The notes under the pieces are model-generated. The model was not told the origin of the DNA and did not search any database. It was given only the letters and a program-made list of their open reading frames with translations. Positions 41,578-54,924 of a stretch of 64,000 nt of DNA are shown here, in pieces. The first letter of the stretch is position 1. Every line of letters begins with the position of its first letter. A program made the position numbers and the translations under genes. The DNA comes from Eledone cirrhosa (taxonomy: Eukaryota): contig OZ024756.1 of the NCBI GenBank assembly GCA_964016885.1, forward strand, positions 18,848,001-18,912,000. Reading direction: 5' to 3'.

Positions 41578-41937
41578 TCATACATATATACATACACACA
41601 TACATACACATATACACACACATATACACACACACATACATTAATATACATATACACACACACACATATACATACACACACACATACATACATACATACA
41701 TACATACATACATACATACATACATACATACATACACACACACATACAAACATAACTAGATACATACATTCATACATATATATACATACATACATACATA
41801 CATATACATACACACATACACACATACATACATACAGTTTACCACGGAAATTTTGAGGACGTGGGTTTTCTACAGTCTCCAAATGTCAGATCTAACTTAA
41901 CGGCTGCACCCACATGTACACACACACACACTCACAC

Positions 41938-41987
<50 letters not shown>

Positions 41988-42114
41988 TGTGTGTGTGTGA
42001 TTTGTGGATAATTGTTAACTGATAAGTTGTTCTGCAAATGCACGTGACATCTTAGCCGTATTGAAACGTGCATAGAAATTAAAGAATAAATAATCACTTC
42101 ATATCCTTAACTTC

Positions 42115-42759
<645 letters not shown>

Positions 42760-43099
42760 CACACACCTTCACCTACGCCAATAACATTTATTAACAAGTT
42801 AAGGAAATGTGACTAAATCCCCAGGCTGGCAGAAGAAATGGCTATATTGGTTTGATGGTTACCTACAAGCAGAGTTATTTATATAAGGCTGTGTGTAATA
42901 AACTGTATGTGATGAGTCACCTCTGCTGGAATCTTCTGAAATCATGTTGTGCCGGGTAAGGGGGGGGGTGAGGTGGAGGCGGTAGGAAGAGGAGGTGTGG
43001 CGAGGTGGGAGGCTAGTTCATTAACAGACCTGAGTTATTACCTTGTCTGTTAGTACCTTCGTTTATTTTTACGATCTGAACAAATCTAGCTACTACTAT

Positions 43100-43147
<48 letters not shown>

Positions 43148-44462
43148 CACTACTACTACTACTACCGTTATTACTGCTGCTGCTGCTGCTGTTATTCGTG
43201 GTTGTGCTGGTGGTTGTGAGGAAAATTAAGAAGAGGATTTTTTTTATAGGTACAACACCTATATTTTCTGAGAGGAAGTGTATAGCTGAGTAAACTATTC
43301 CAGGTATATCAATGATGTCATATACTGAAGTACCCCCTCAAAGAAAGGGAAACGCACAGCAGTTTGCTTGTGGAGAGATTTCTGCCATTTTTATTCAGGA
43401 GATCAAATTCTGCTAGGCTTATGTATCTTCATAGTGAGGCTTATAAACTGTAATTATAGCTACAATAAAATTTATCGTAGATTTTCTAACATATAATATG
43501 TTGTTTATAATTAATTACGCTGCCGACGACTGCACATTATGCAAATTAGACAAGCCATTTCAGTTAAGTTCTAGTTTGTGTTTGATATAAATAGCGATTG
43601 ACTATAGCCGTTTTTGTAGACAGAAGGATATGGATATTTGCCTGATTTGAAGGATATGGATATTTGCCTTCATGATGAACGACCAATTAGCTGAGAAACA
43701 TATAAAGAGGTTAAATGATGAATAGGAAAATACTTCTTTTATTAAGAAGATAAATTTGTAACTATACACCTGTTAAAACTGTAAAATCTACTGAATTTGG
43801 ATATTAAACAGATGACTTTGCTTACAATACACTGGTTAAGGCTTCCCAAAGTCATGATTATATTATATTCTGTTACGGGTTAAGATAAATAAATGCGTGG
43901 TTTTGAAAATGGCGTCGTAATTAATATAATAGGCAGATGTTTGGGAGATAAGAAAACAAGCAAACAGAAAAGTATGTGTGTGCGCGTATGTCGATGTATA
44001 CATGTTTATATGTATGTATATATGTACGCATGTATATAAGCATGTATGTATGTGTATATGTATGTATATATGAATATGAATATTAACAGTAGAAAGAAAG
44101 ATAGTTAATAATATTAAGTATAGTTTGCTTCCAACAATAACTAATTATTGCTTTATTATATATATTATTATATTTGTTTTAATCTCTGCTATTTTCTTTA
44201 GGTACTATCATCAAGGAATTTTTTTTTATCGCGGTATACAGACAGTGAAGTGTTAGTGTTTGGAATAGATATACATTTTATTATTTTAGGAGAACGGTTT
44301 CTGCTTCTTCTCAAATTCCTTTTCATAAAAAAACTAGCTAGAAGTCTGAGAGAGGTGGGGGGGGGGAGAATAAGGGAAGGAGGGAGAGGAAGAGATAGCG
44401 ATGGCCAATCAACTGAAAAATTTAGTCTACAGCTTTGTAACTAACTTCTTAAATACAGCCAA

Positions 44463-44502
<40 letters not shown>

Positions 44503-44661
44503 CACACACACACATATATATATACACACACACACACACACATATATGTGTATATATACCCCCACACTCACCCACATATATACACACACACACGCACATA
44601 CACACACATATATATATACCCCCACACACCCACACACATATATACCCCCCACCCCCCACCC

Positions 44662-44714
<53 letters not shown>

Positions 44715-44720
<6 letters not shown>

Positions 44721-45873
44721 AGAACAAAAGATGGTTAAAAGAGTTCCATGTATTTTATTATGCGCATTTCAAAAACAAATATCATCATGCGATAACATTT
44801 GCGTTTTCGTCAGATAAAATAGGGAGACATGATATGAAGGTTAAAAAACACTTGTGAATAGTGCAGTTTTAAATCAACATATGAAAAGTAGTTTTAGATT
44901 GATGTGTGATATTGGGGAAAAAAAATTGGGGGGGGGGGGGATGAAAAAGAGGAGGAGATGAGAGTAAAAAGTGGAGGGGGAGGAGTATAATGAGGAAGGA
45001 TGAGATAGGAGGAGAGATGGGTGAGAGAGAGAGAGAGAGAGATAGCTTTTATAACTGAGAAAAATATATTGTTTTACATAGAGAGGTTAAAAAACCGTTG
45101 GAAGATATATATAAATTAAAAGAATTTGAAAATTAACGAAGAGAAAAATTTTAGAATAATGTTAAATTAAGGTTTGTATATTGAAGGGTTTAATAATATG
45201 TGCGATGAAAAGAAATTGTTAATATGTATTAAGAATAATATTTAAGGGTCTAATAATATGTGCGATGGAAAGAAATTGTTGATATGTATTATTAAAAAAA
45301 ATATAAAAATATAACAATAGTAATGTAATTAAGGATATATTGCGAAAAGAAGTAGAAGAGTGGATGAATAAGTGTAATATGTATAAGTTAGATGAGCATG
45401 ACAGGGAGAAAAAATAATGAATTGAGGATGAATAATATAACGTCAAAAAAATGTTTATATTTACGAAGGATTTTTCAAGGTGATATAAAGTAAAGATATA
45501 TTGTGGTGGGTAATAATGGGAATTGAGAAGTATCTAGGAAGAAAAGGTACAGATTAGAGGTTAGAAATTAAAAGAAAAAAGAAAAGAAAAAATATACTCC
45601 TCCCCCTCCACTTTTTACTCTCATCTCCTCCTCTTTTTCATCCTTTCCACCCCCCCCCTCAATTTTTTTTCCCCAATATCACACATCAATCTAAAACTAC
45701 TTTTCATATGTTGATTTAAAACTGCACAATTCACAAGTGTTTTTTAACCTTCATATCATGTCTCCCTATTTTATCTGACGAAAACGCAAATGTTATCGCA
45801 TGATGATATTTGTTTTTGAAATGCGCATAATAAAATACATGGAACTCTTTTAACCATCTTTTGATCTTATATA
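44715..45873. mobile_element. Family F element: inverted terminal arms of about 275 bp around a 600-bp AT-rich spacer, each arm with an outward-facing hammerhead (44751-44821 -, 45767-45837 +)
   Basis: 44715-44989 is the near-exact reverse complement of 45593-45873; CUGACGA core, AUGCGCAU stem III, 8-bp stem I. Confidence 0.85.
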
Positions 45874-46276
45874 TTATGTATACTCCAGTCCTACAAACTG
45901 TAGAGTGCTACTTATCCGATATCTGCATTGCTTTATTGTACTACAATAAAACTCACCTCCTACATATATATATATATACATACATATATCAGGTACTCGC
46001 TATAGTAACTATAGATGTGCAAATGTGTGAAAAAGGAGGAGAGAGACATTGGCACACACATACATAAAAAGCTGAGTATAAGAAATTCTAAATTCTTAGA
46101 AATAAAAAAATGAGAGGAAAAGAAAGGAGAAGAGAAATATGTGTGAGGAGGGTGGGGTGTACATATATAACTCGGCAGTTTATAAATAAAAATATGTATA
46201 CATATATGTACTTTTTCATTATTTTCAATGTATTTATATTTATAAACATTTATTTATATATATGCACAACGTCTCC

Positions 46277-46329
<53 letters not shown>

Positions 46330-46370
46330 GTTTGGATTCTGTCTATCGATTGGTTATTGATTAGGCGATA

Positions 46371-46480
46371 CCCGCTGATGAAGCCGCATAAGCCGGTTGT
46401 GCATTGTTGCATAATATATGCAGACAGATGGCGCAGTGCACCTTACTGCTGCATTAGTGCGGCAGAAACTCGAGTCCGGG
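46371..46480 (+). ncRNA. Canonical type I hammerhead ribozyme with long branched stem II (family G; element about 46330-46633)
   Basis: CCCG-CUGAUGA-A-GCCGCA ... UGCGGC-A-GAA-AC UCGA GU-C-CGGG; predicted cleavage after GUC at 46476; truncated homologue at 48377-48566. Confidence 0.85.
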
Positions 46481-46627
46481 AACCTTATAGGCACCCGTTT
46501 TACGTGTGTTGTGTTGAGGCAAATAACTATGTGTATAATCTGGTAATGTATCTTACATTGCCCATTGAGTGCGCTGAGATACAACCGGTACTGGCATTGA
46601 TAAATATGCTGGGTCCGTCAACCCTTA

Positions 46628-46663
<36 letters not shown>

Positions 46664-46869
46664 TTGTAATAAAATGAAAACGAAATTTCATTTCTCACTC
46701 TTAGTACGGCACTTACTAAAAAAAAAAAAAAAAAAAAAAAAAAGGTGACGTGGTTGCCTTAACACCGCACGGCATAAATTCAGGCTGTCAGTTTGTTTAC
46801 AAACGGACAAAGCGGGCGCTATAATAAACGTCCGCTAAACTGATACGTACATATATGTATGTGTACCTG

Positions 46870-46911
<42 letters not shown>

Positions 46912-47225
46912 TGCTACTGTACGTCTGTATACATATATGTATGTACGTATGCATACATACTTACATATATATATATATATATATATATATCGGATAACAA
47001 GTTATCGTTATAGGTAATCCAGTTAGAGGTTGTGAGTACTCTGTATTATGGATAGTTTTAACCTACGGCTTTGTTTGACTCAACAAGAGGTTGACGCAAC
47101 TTCGAGTGATTAGCGGCCTCTAGACTCACCTGATCAATGAAACAATTGTTAATACTTGAAATAAAGCCCCTTGTTGTACAGCCGACCATGGTATTCTTCA
47201 ATCCTTCACTATACATATATATATA

Positions 47226-47417
47226 AAGGGCGGTGGATTGGCAGTATCGGTAGAGGGTCGGACGTCATGCTTTGACGCTTAGAGTTACGGCCCTTTCCAT
47301 TCTGAGTTCAAATCCCGCCGAGGTCAACTTTGCCTTTCATCCATTACGGGGTCGATAAAATAAAGTACCAGTAAAATACTGGGTAATTGCTGGCCTTGTG
47401 CCAAAAGTAGAAACAAC
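47226..47417 (+). mobile_element. SINE-A full copy
   Basis: Homology to 6513-6703. Confidence 0.9.
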
Positions 47418-47446
47418 TATATATATATATATATACAACGTTTGCT

Positions 47447-47506
<60 letters not shown>

Positions 47507-47550
47507 CATACAACGTCTACGTGTATATATGTGTATATATATATATATAT

Positions 47551-47739
47551 TAGAAAGAGTCGGTGCCCGATGGCTGAGCTCTTGTCGTTTCGATAGCTAG
47601 TTCCAGTCTGGAATTAGCTGTCGAAACTGTAGGAGCTCAGCCGTTGAGCACCGACTTTTCTATTACTGTCACACCCTACTATCCTAAGTATTGAGTGCTC
47701 TGTTGAATAATGGCTTAACTAGTTTAATACTCGTTTACT

Positions 47740-47743
<4 letters not shown>
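47551..47743 (+). mobile_element. Fold-back element family A, diverged copy
   Basis: Hairpin 47551-47662, then CCCTACTATCCTAAGTATTGAGTGCTC tail; inside (TA)n. Confidence 0.75.
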
Positions 47744-47770
<27 letters not shown>

Positions 47771-47986
47771 GGTACGTTATTCCGGGTTGAATCGGAGGTA
47801 ACCACAGTAAGTAAGGTACTCAATACATTGCAGAGTATAAAAGTTTTAATATAGATGAGATTCTACAGGAGTAGAACTGTTTCATTCTTTAGAAATCATC
47901 AGGAATCTGAGATTCCTGATGATTTCTGATGATTTCTAAAGAATGAAACAGTTCTAGTCCTGTAGAATCTCATCTATATTAAAACT
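47771..47986 (-). mobile_element. Fold-back element family B
   Basis: Hairpin 47842-47986 containing CTGATGA-TTTCTAAAGAAT-GAAACAGTTC on each arm; related pieces at 55598-55644 and 62857-62905. Confidence 0.75.
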
Positions 47987-47989
47987 ATA

Positions 47990-48375
<386 letters not shown>

Positions 48376-48376
48376 A

Positions 48377-48560
48377 CCCTACTGCTGCATTAAGTGTGGC
48401 AGAAACTCGAGTTCGGGAACTACAATAGGTATCCGTTTACGTGTGTTGTACTGAAGCGAATAACTATGTGTATACTCTGGGAGTGTATTAAACATTACCT
48501 ATTGAGTACGCTGAGATGCAACTGGTCCTGGCATTGATACATATGCAGGCTCCGTCAACT

Positions 48561-48566
<6 letters not shown>
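48377..48566 (+). mobile_element. Family G element, 5'-truncated inside hammerhead stem II
   Basis: Aligns to 46439-46630; flanked by (TA)n. Confidence 0.8.
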
Positions 48567-48633
<67 letters not shown>

Positions 48634-48952
48634 TGTTGAGTCAAAAAACTCCCAATATTCCCTTATAATCGAATAAGCTCATGGAAAGAATTCTGAGCTC
48701 TTTATAGTAAAGAGAGAACTACACACATACATGTGTGTGTGTGTGTGTGTTTTTTTTTCTCTTTACTGTGTTTATATATATATATATATATATTTATCTC
48801 TCATATAAAATAATACAACTGGCTATCCGCAAAATACGTATAGTTAGCACCCCAAACGTAAAATTGGGATTATACTAAAGTATATCCTAATGTTTGTTGA
48901 GTGAGACGAAAGCCTGTCGGAGTATTGCTTAAAGCTTTCTCTGTTAATGTAT

Positions 48953-49004
<52 letters not shown>

Positions 49005-49444
49005 GTATATCGCTTTTCCGTCGAGTAATCCCTGCTGACATGGGTTGGACAGAACTTTTTGAGGCAATCTTTTACAGCTGGAAGCCTTTTCTGATACCAA
49101 CCCTTTTAGTCACTTCGTACGACACACAGAGATACCAGTGTACCTATTCTATTTTAAACTGACGTGTGTGTTTACAAACTGGCGAAAACCAGGAAATACA
49201 TGAAGTAACAAAGCAGAGTGGGTACATTTTAATAAAATCAGAAACTTGTGTCGAAACCATTATGAGGATTCACATTACCAAATGTTCCAACGATTAACGT
49301 GTGTAAATAGAACCCTAATCCTGTAACAATCAAATCTATATAACTAATGGGAAAGTGCGGGATACTCAGCCAAATACACTACAACTCACTGAGTAAACAG
49401 TTCAGTTGTTCGAACAAATAGATTGCCCATCGGACTCTATCTGT

Positions 49445-49482
49445 GTGTTCTGATGAAGGACTAACGTCCGAAACGTTAAGAC
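49445..49482 (+). ncRNA. Minimal hammerhead motif (family H)
   Basis: GUGUU-CUGAUGA-A-GGAC uaac GUCC-GAA-AC GU-U-AAGAC; same stems as 16448-16485 with a different loop II and one stem I mismatch; a decayed relative at 51447-51482. Confidence 0.7.
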
Positions 49483-49560
49483 CCTCTTCCTGCTATATCA
49501 AGCGTTAACATAATATATTCCTTCCATATACTGTCCCGATTGTGTTGTTATTTGTTTACC

Positions 49561-49624
<64 letters not shown>

Positions 49625-49699
49625 GTATATATATATATATATATTAAACATGCCTAAAATACGCACTTCTTTATACATACATTATATATATATATATAC

Positions 49700-49895
49700 A
49701 TAACGAAGGAAGTATGGTAAGGAACCAGATGGAGCATAACGCACCAGAGTACTCAATACTTAGGATAGTAGAGTGGGTAATAGGGAAATGTTTAGCCCCG
49801 ATGTCAGAGCTCAAGCCGTTTCGACGGCTATTTCTGGAGTCCAGAAATAGCAGACGAAACGGCTTGAGCTCTGCCGTCGGGGTTAAACAATTTCA
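49700..49895 (-). mobile_element. Fold-back element family A, nested between 43-bp inverted arms (49644-49686 / 49907-49950)
   Basis: TTAAACATGCCTAAAATACGCACTT and its reverse complement flank the copy. Confidence 0.8.
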
Positions 49896-50612
49896 TATAT
49901 ATAAATATATATTGTATGTATAAATAAGTGCGTATTTTAGGCATGTTTAATTGTCTACATATTTAAAATATGTATATTTATATACACATTTTAAATATGT
50001 AGTCTCGTTTACACAGACTGTATTTATACAAATATAACTTTAACATCTACACACGCGCATAATCTATCCCTGTGTATATGTATGTGCATCTCGTGTCCCT
50101 CCACCCGTCGCTCAACCGATTCAACCAATCCAATACCCTAATAATAATTCTAAACTTGAGCACAAAATACTCAAAATTTGCAAAATCGATAAAATTGACA
50201 ACGATATCTTTTATTGCTCTTTTCGATTTTTTATCAACATCAGCAGGTGAAAAGTTCAGAATGTAAAGGGACGTAACTACCAGCGACTAATTTTTACGTT
50301 ACCGTTTTTAAGAGTAGTCTCCCTTAAATACCTTAAAAATATGATCTGGTCGACAAAGTATTTTGTCTATTTTTACAAGCAGTCTTTGAATTCCTATATT
50401 TCTAATGCCAGTTGTTATTGTTCTTACTATTGTTGCCGTTGTTCCTCTTGTTTTTGTTCTTCCATTATCGGAGTTATGAGGCTTATTTTGCGTTTTGGGA
50501 TGTGGCAAAATTTTTATAAAAATTAAACTAACAAAAATTATTAATAAACACAAACACACTCACCTATATATATATATATACACATACATTCGAATACAAC
50601 ACATACACACAT

Positions 50613-50691
<79 letters not shown>

Positions 50692-50693
<2 letters not shown>

Positions 50694-50830
50694 ACGAAGG
50701 AAATGTGGTAAGGAACCAGGTGGACCATAACGCACCAAAGTACTCAATACTTAGGGTAGTAGAGTGGGTAATAGGAACCAGTAAGACCCCGACGGCTGAG
50801 CTCAGCCGTCGGGGTCTTACTGGTTCCTAT
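50692..50830 (-). mobile_element. Fold-back element family A, short form with a perfect 60-bp palindrome (50771-50830)
   Basis: Palindrome centred on GAG|CTC; tail identical to 13050-13128. Confidence 0.85.
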
Positions 50831-50911
50831 ATATATATATATATATATTAGATCGTCAAGTATGAAATTTGTAGAAAAAAACAAATTTCTATAAATATCA
50901 TACTTGACAAC

Positions 50912-51002
<91 letters not shown>

Positions 51003-51149
51003 ACGAATAAGCACAGCTAAAAAACTGAAAATCCCAAACAATATTACAAAAACAGATTTCTAAGTTCAAATTCCTCTGGGGTCAACTTTGCCTTTCACAC
51101 TTCTGGGCTCGATAAAATAAAGTAACAGTCAAATATTGGATTACTCGGT

Positions 51150-51302
51150 TAACACCTGCACTAATTGTGTCCTGAGTGAATCGACATTTTACTCACTTAA
51201 CACCCGTGTTGAGTGCGACCTGAGTGAATGACAGCTGGGTGAGGTGACTGTTATCAGCCTACACCTGTTGGCTGGGGGAAAGACATGGAATGACAGCTGG
51301 GA
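51150..51302. promoter_or_regulatory. Candidate muscle-type enhancer motif cluster
   Basis: GAATGACAGCTGGG twice (51226, 51288), CACCTG twice (51153, 51262) and GGAATG, within 150 bp of non-repetitive DNA; motif evidence only. Confidence 0.35.
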
Positions 51303-51669
51303 AAAAGCCCTTTGTAGTCTGACTAACAACAATACATGCTTTCTCTCCCATCTAACCTTTTAAACTGTCTCCTTTTTTTTTTCTTACTCTCGTCTACCTT
51401 CTTTCTATTTCTCTCTGCCAAATATCATCTCTTATCTCTCATTTGATCTTTCGATGAATGACTAGCGTCCGAAACGTTAAGAAGTTTCCCAAACTATACT
51501 GAATAAGAAATAGCGCTATAAAGTCTCTAATGATTCCCTCTTAAGTACATATTCCTCTCTGTGAAATATCTAATTAGTATATATAAAATATACTGTCTCT
51601 ACGATATATGGTTCTTTCTCTCCTATATATATATATATATATTATATATATATATATATTTTATATATA

Positions 51670-51727
<58 letters not shown>

Positions 51728-51731
<4 letters not shown>

Positions 51732-52104
51732 CTAATATATATATAACTAATATATATATATAACTAATATATATATATAACTAATATATATATATAACTA
51801 ATATATATATATAACTAATATATATATAACTAATATATATATATAACTAATATATATATATAACTAATATATATATATAACTAATATATATATATAACTA
51901 ATATATATATATAACTAATATATATATAACTAATATATATATAACAAATATATATATATAACTAATATATATATATATAACTAATATATATATATATATA
52001 ACTAATATATATATATATATAACTAATATATATATATATATAACTAATATATATATATATATAACTAATATATATATATATATAACTAATATATATATAT
52101 ATAA

Positions 52105-52160
<56 letters not shown>
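51728..52160. repeat. TAACTAA(TA)n minisatellite derived from (TA)n
   Basis: Direct reading. Confidence 0.93.
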
Positions 52161-52165
<5 letters not shown>

Positions 52166-52391
52166 TTGTATATATAGAATTACATCGTTGAGTGAGCCAT
52201 TTCCTTATTTAAGGCGGTGGGTTGGAATTTGAGGAAACTTTGGCAGCTATTTCTAAAACTTCAAACAACCATCTTGAACACTGAGACAAGCTAATGTACA
52301 TTGACGTCACCTTACATGGGGTGAGATGGGGAGAATAATATTAGTCAGCAATACAGCAGGCAGACTCTTTGCTGCCAGAAAATTATATGTG

Positions 52392-52456
<65 letters not shown>

Positions 52457-52498
52457 AAGAACACAAGAGCGTCTACAACATCAAAAGATTTTTTATTG

Positions 52499-52543
52499 GC
52501 TTACAATGTTTCTTCCTTACGTAACCGTAGGATTCGTCAGAGC
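52499..52543 (-). ncRNA. Type I hammerhead motif (element about 52453-52802)
   Basis: Minus strand GCU-CUGACGA-A-UCCUACG guua CGU-A-AGGA-A-GAA-AC AUU GU-A-AGC; intact core, GUA site, 3-bp stem I. Confidence 0.7.
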
Positions 52544-52677
52544 TATAAAAGGGGTTTGATTGGTGTTATGGACTCTACCAACCAAACATTCAAGAACAAA
52601 GAGTAAAGAGAGTAAAGAGCAAAAGTAGGGGACGATAAGTCTAATTTTGGTGCGGGAGGGTGGGGTGTGGGTCCTTG

Positions 52678-52799
52678 TTTACTAGCTGCGGTCATATTCC
52701 TTCCCGGGAGTCGGGTGGTTAGCTGAACCATAGATGGGGTGGCGTCGATAGTATGGTGCAGAGGGTGCGCAGAGGCTACACAAACACAAAGGGCATACA

Positions 52800-52830
<31 letters not shown>

Positions 52831-53322
52831 CATAACTATTATCATATTATATTCTCTCAACTAATCACACTTGATCATATTTCTCTATCCCATTTTCTCC
52901 TCCCATAATTATTATATTTTTATTATTATTTGAAAAAATCGGTTTTTTTACATTGTGTTTTCCCCTCCAAATATTCGCTTATATTTCTTTATATATTCTC
53001 TATATATTTTTTATCTTTATTATTTCCACCTTTATCCTCCTTTATATTTTACCTTATTCTTACTTTTATACCTTATTATAGTGTAATCTTCCCCATGCCT
53101 TATTATACACTATTAATTATAGATTATTATTATTACTCTTTTTCCATTTCTAATTACCTCATGTACTTTCTCCTCCGCTATATATATATATATATATATT
53201 GTATGCCCTTTGTGTTTGTGTAGCCTCAGCACACCCTCTGCACCATACTATCGACGCCACCCCATCTATGGCTCAACTAACCACTCGACTCCCTGGAATG
53301 AATATGACCACAGCTAGTAAAC
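52678..53322. repeat. Diverged inverted repeat of about 125 bp (52678-52802 versus 53198-53322)
   Basis: CCATAGATGGGGTGGCGTCGATAGTATGGTGCAGAGGGTG and its reverse complement; the inner ends abut (TA)n. Confidence 0.85.
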
Positions 53323-53451
53323 CAGAACTCAATGCTAACATAGAGTGTATATATCAAAAACAAAGCGAGGTTTGAATTATTTAGTGAGAGTGTGGTGAAT
53401 GATCAGAGGCGTGTGCTGACAGTGTTTTAAATACATACATTGGTTAGAAAT

Positions 53452-54030
53452 CATTATGAGGTTGACTTTGTCTTTCATCCTTACGGGGCCGATAAAATAA
53501 AGTACCAGTGATGCACTGGGTAATTGCTGGCCTTGTGCCTAAAGTAGAAACAATTATTAAGGGCAGTGGATTGGCAGTATCGGTAGAGGGTCGGACGCCA
53601 TGCTTTCCAGCATAGTTACGTCCCTTTACGATCTGAGTTCAAATCCCGCCGAGGTTGACTTTGCCTTTCATCCTTACGGGGTCGATGAAATAAAGTACCA
53701 GTAATGTACTGGGTAATTGCTGGCCTTGTGCCTAAAGTAGAAACAATTATGAGGTTGACTTTGTCTTTCATCCTTACGGGGCCGATAAAATAAAGTACCA
53801 GTGATGCACTGGGCAATTGCTGGCCTTGTGCCTAAAGTAGAAACAGTTATTAAGGGCAGTGGATTGGCAGTATCGGTGGAGGGTCGGACGCATAGTTACG
53901 TCCCTTTACGATCTGAGTTCAAATCCCGCCGAGGTTGACTTTGCCTTTCATCCTTACGGGGTCGATAAAATAAAGTACCAGTAATGCACTGGGTAATTGC
54001 TGGCCTTGTGCCTAAAGTAGAAACAATTAT
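53452..54030 (+). mobile_element. Tandem duplication of a [SINE-A 3' half + full SINE-A] unit
   Basis: Two near-identical units of about 290 bp sharing diagnostic variants (TTTGTCTTT, GGGGCCGATA, GGGCAGTGG). Confidence 0.92.
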
Positions 54031-54339
54031 TGTTATCAGTTATTACAGTATATCGAAAATTGGATGCTGGATGTGCTACCCCAAGAACTTATGATCCTAA
54101 TATATATATATATATATATATATTTCCTTTCTGAATTTGTTTAGCAAGATTCTTTATCTGAAAACGTGTGTTGAAACCGATATTGTTATACTTTGGGAGG
54201 GTCATGTTGCCAATAAGAAACACACGCACCAGTTGATTTCACTTCAATTTATTATAAATTAAATTTATAAATTTAGGAATTTATAAATTTCCGGTTGGTT
54301 GGTTGGTTGGTTCCACAACCAGACGATTGTTCATATATT

Positions 54340-54382
54340 GTCAAAGTTCTTTCGTCACACATTCTGTGACCTCTTCAATGAC
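54340..54382 (-). ncRNA. Hammerhead-like motif, C3U variant
   Basis: Minus strand GUCA-UUGAAGA-G-GUCACA gaaug UGUGAC-GAA-AG aa CU-U-UGAC. Confidence 0.55.
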
Positions 54383-54665
54383 TGGGGATTATTTTCTTTG
54401 TTTTTGTGCCTCTCCCTTGTTCTGTCCTCCGCCATCTTGTTTTGTATGTGTTGTGTGCTTAGTTTGCGCATGTGTTACATCCGGGAGTCTGTGTGTGTTT
54501 ATATTCGTTTATTTATTTGTTTATTTACATGTTACTGGTTGGTTGTTTGTTCTATGTGTGTGTGTGTTTTCATTTTGTCCTTAATTGTAAGTTGTGATGT
54601 TGCTGTTCCATTCATGTTTTCTATTTAATTTTGGTTGGAGTTCATTTATGTTTATTGCCTCTGTG

Positions 54666-54758
<93 letters not shown>

Positions 54759-54791
54759 GTAACCTCCACGGATAAACACCCTTACTATCTG

Positions 54792-54826
<35 letters not shown>

Positions 54827-54924
54827 CGTGTGTGTGAAAAGTCACTATTTTAGTACACTAAAAGCGATACTAACTTTTAAGAAACGTTGTATGTATGTAT
54901 GTATGTATGTATGTATATATGTAT

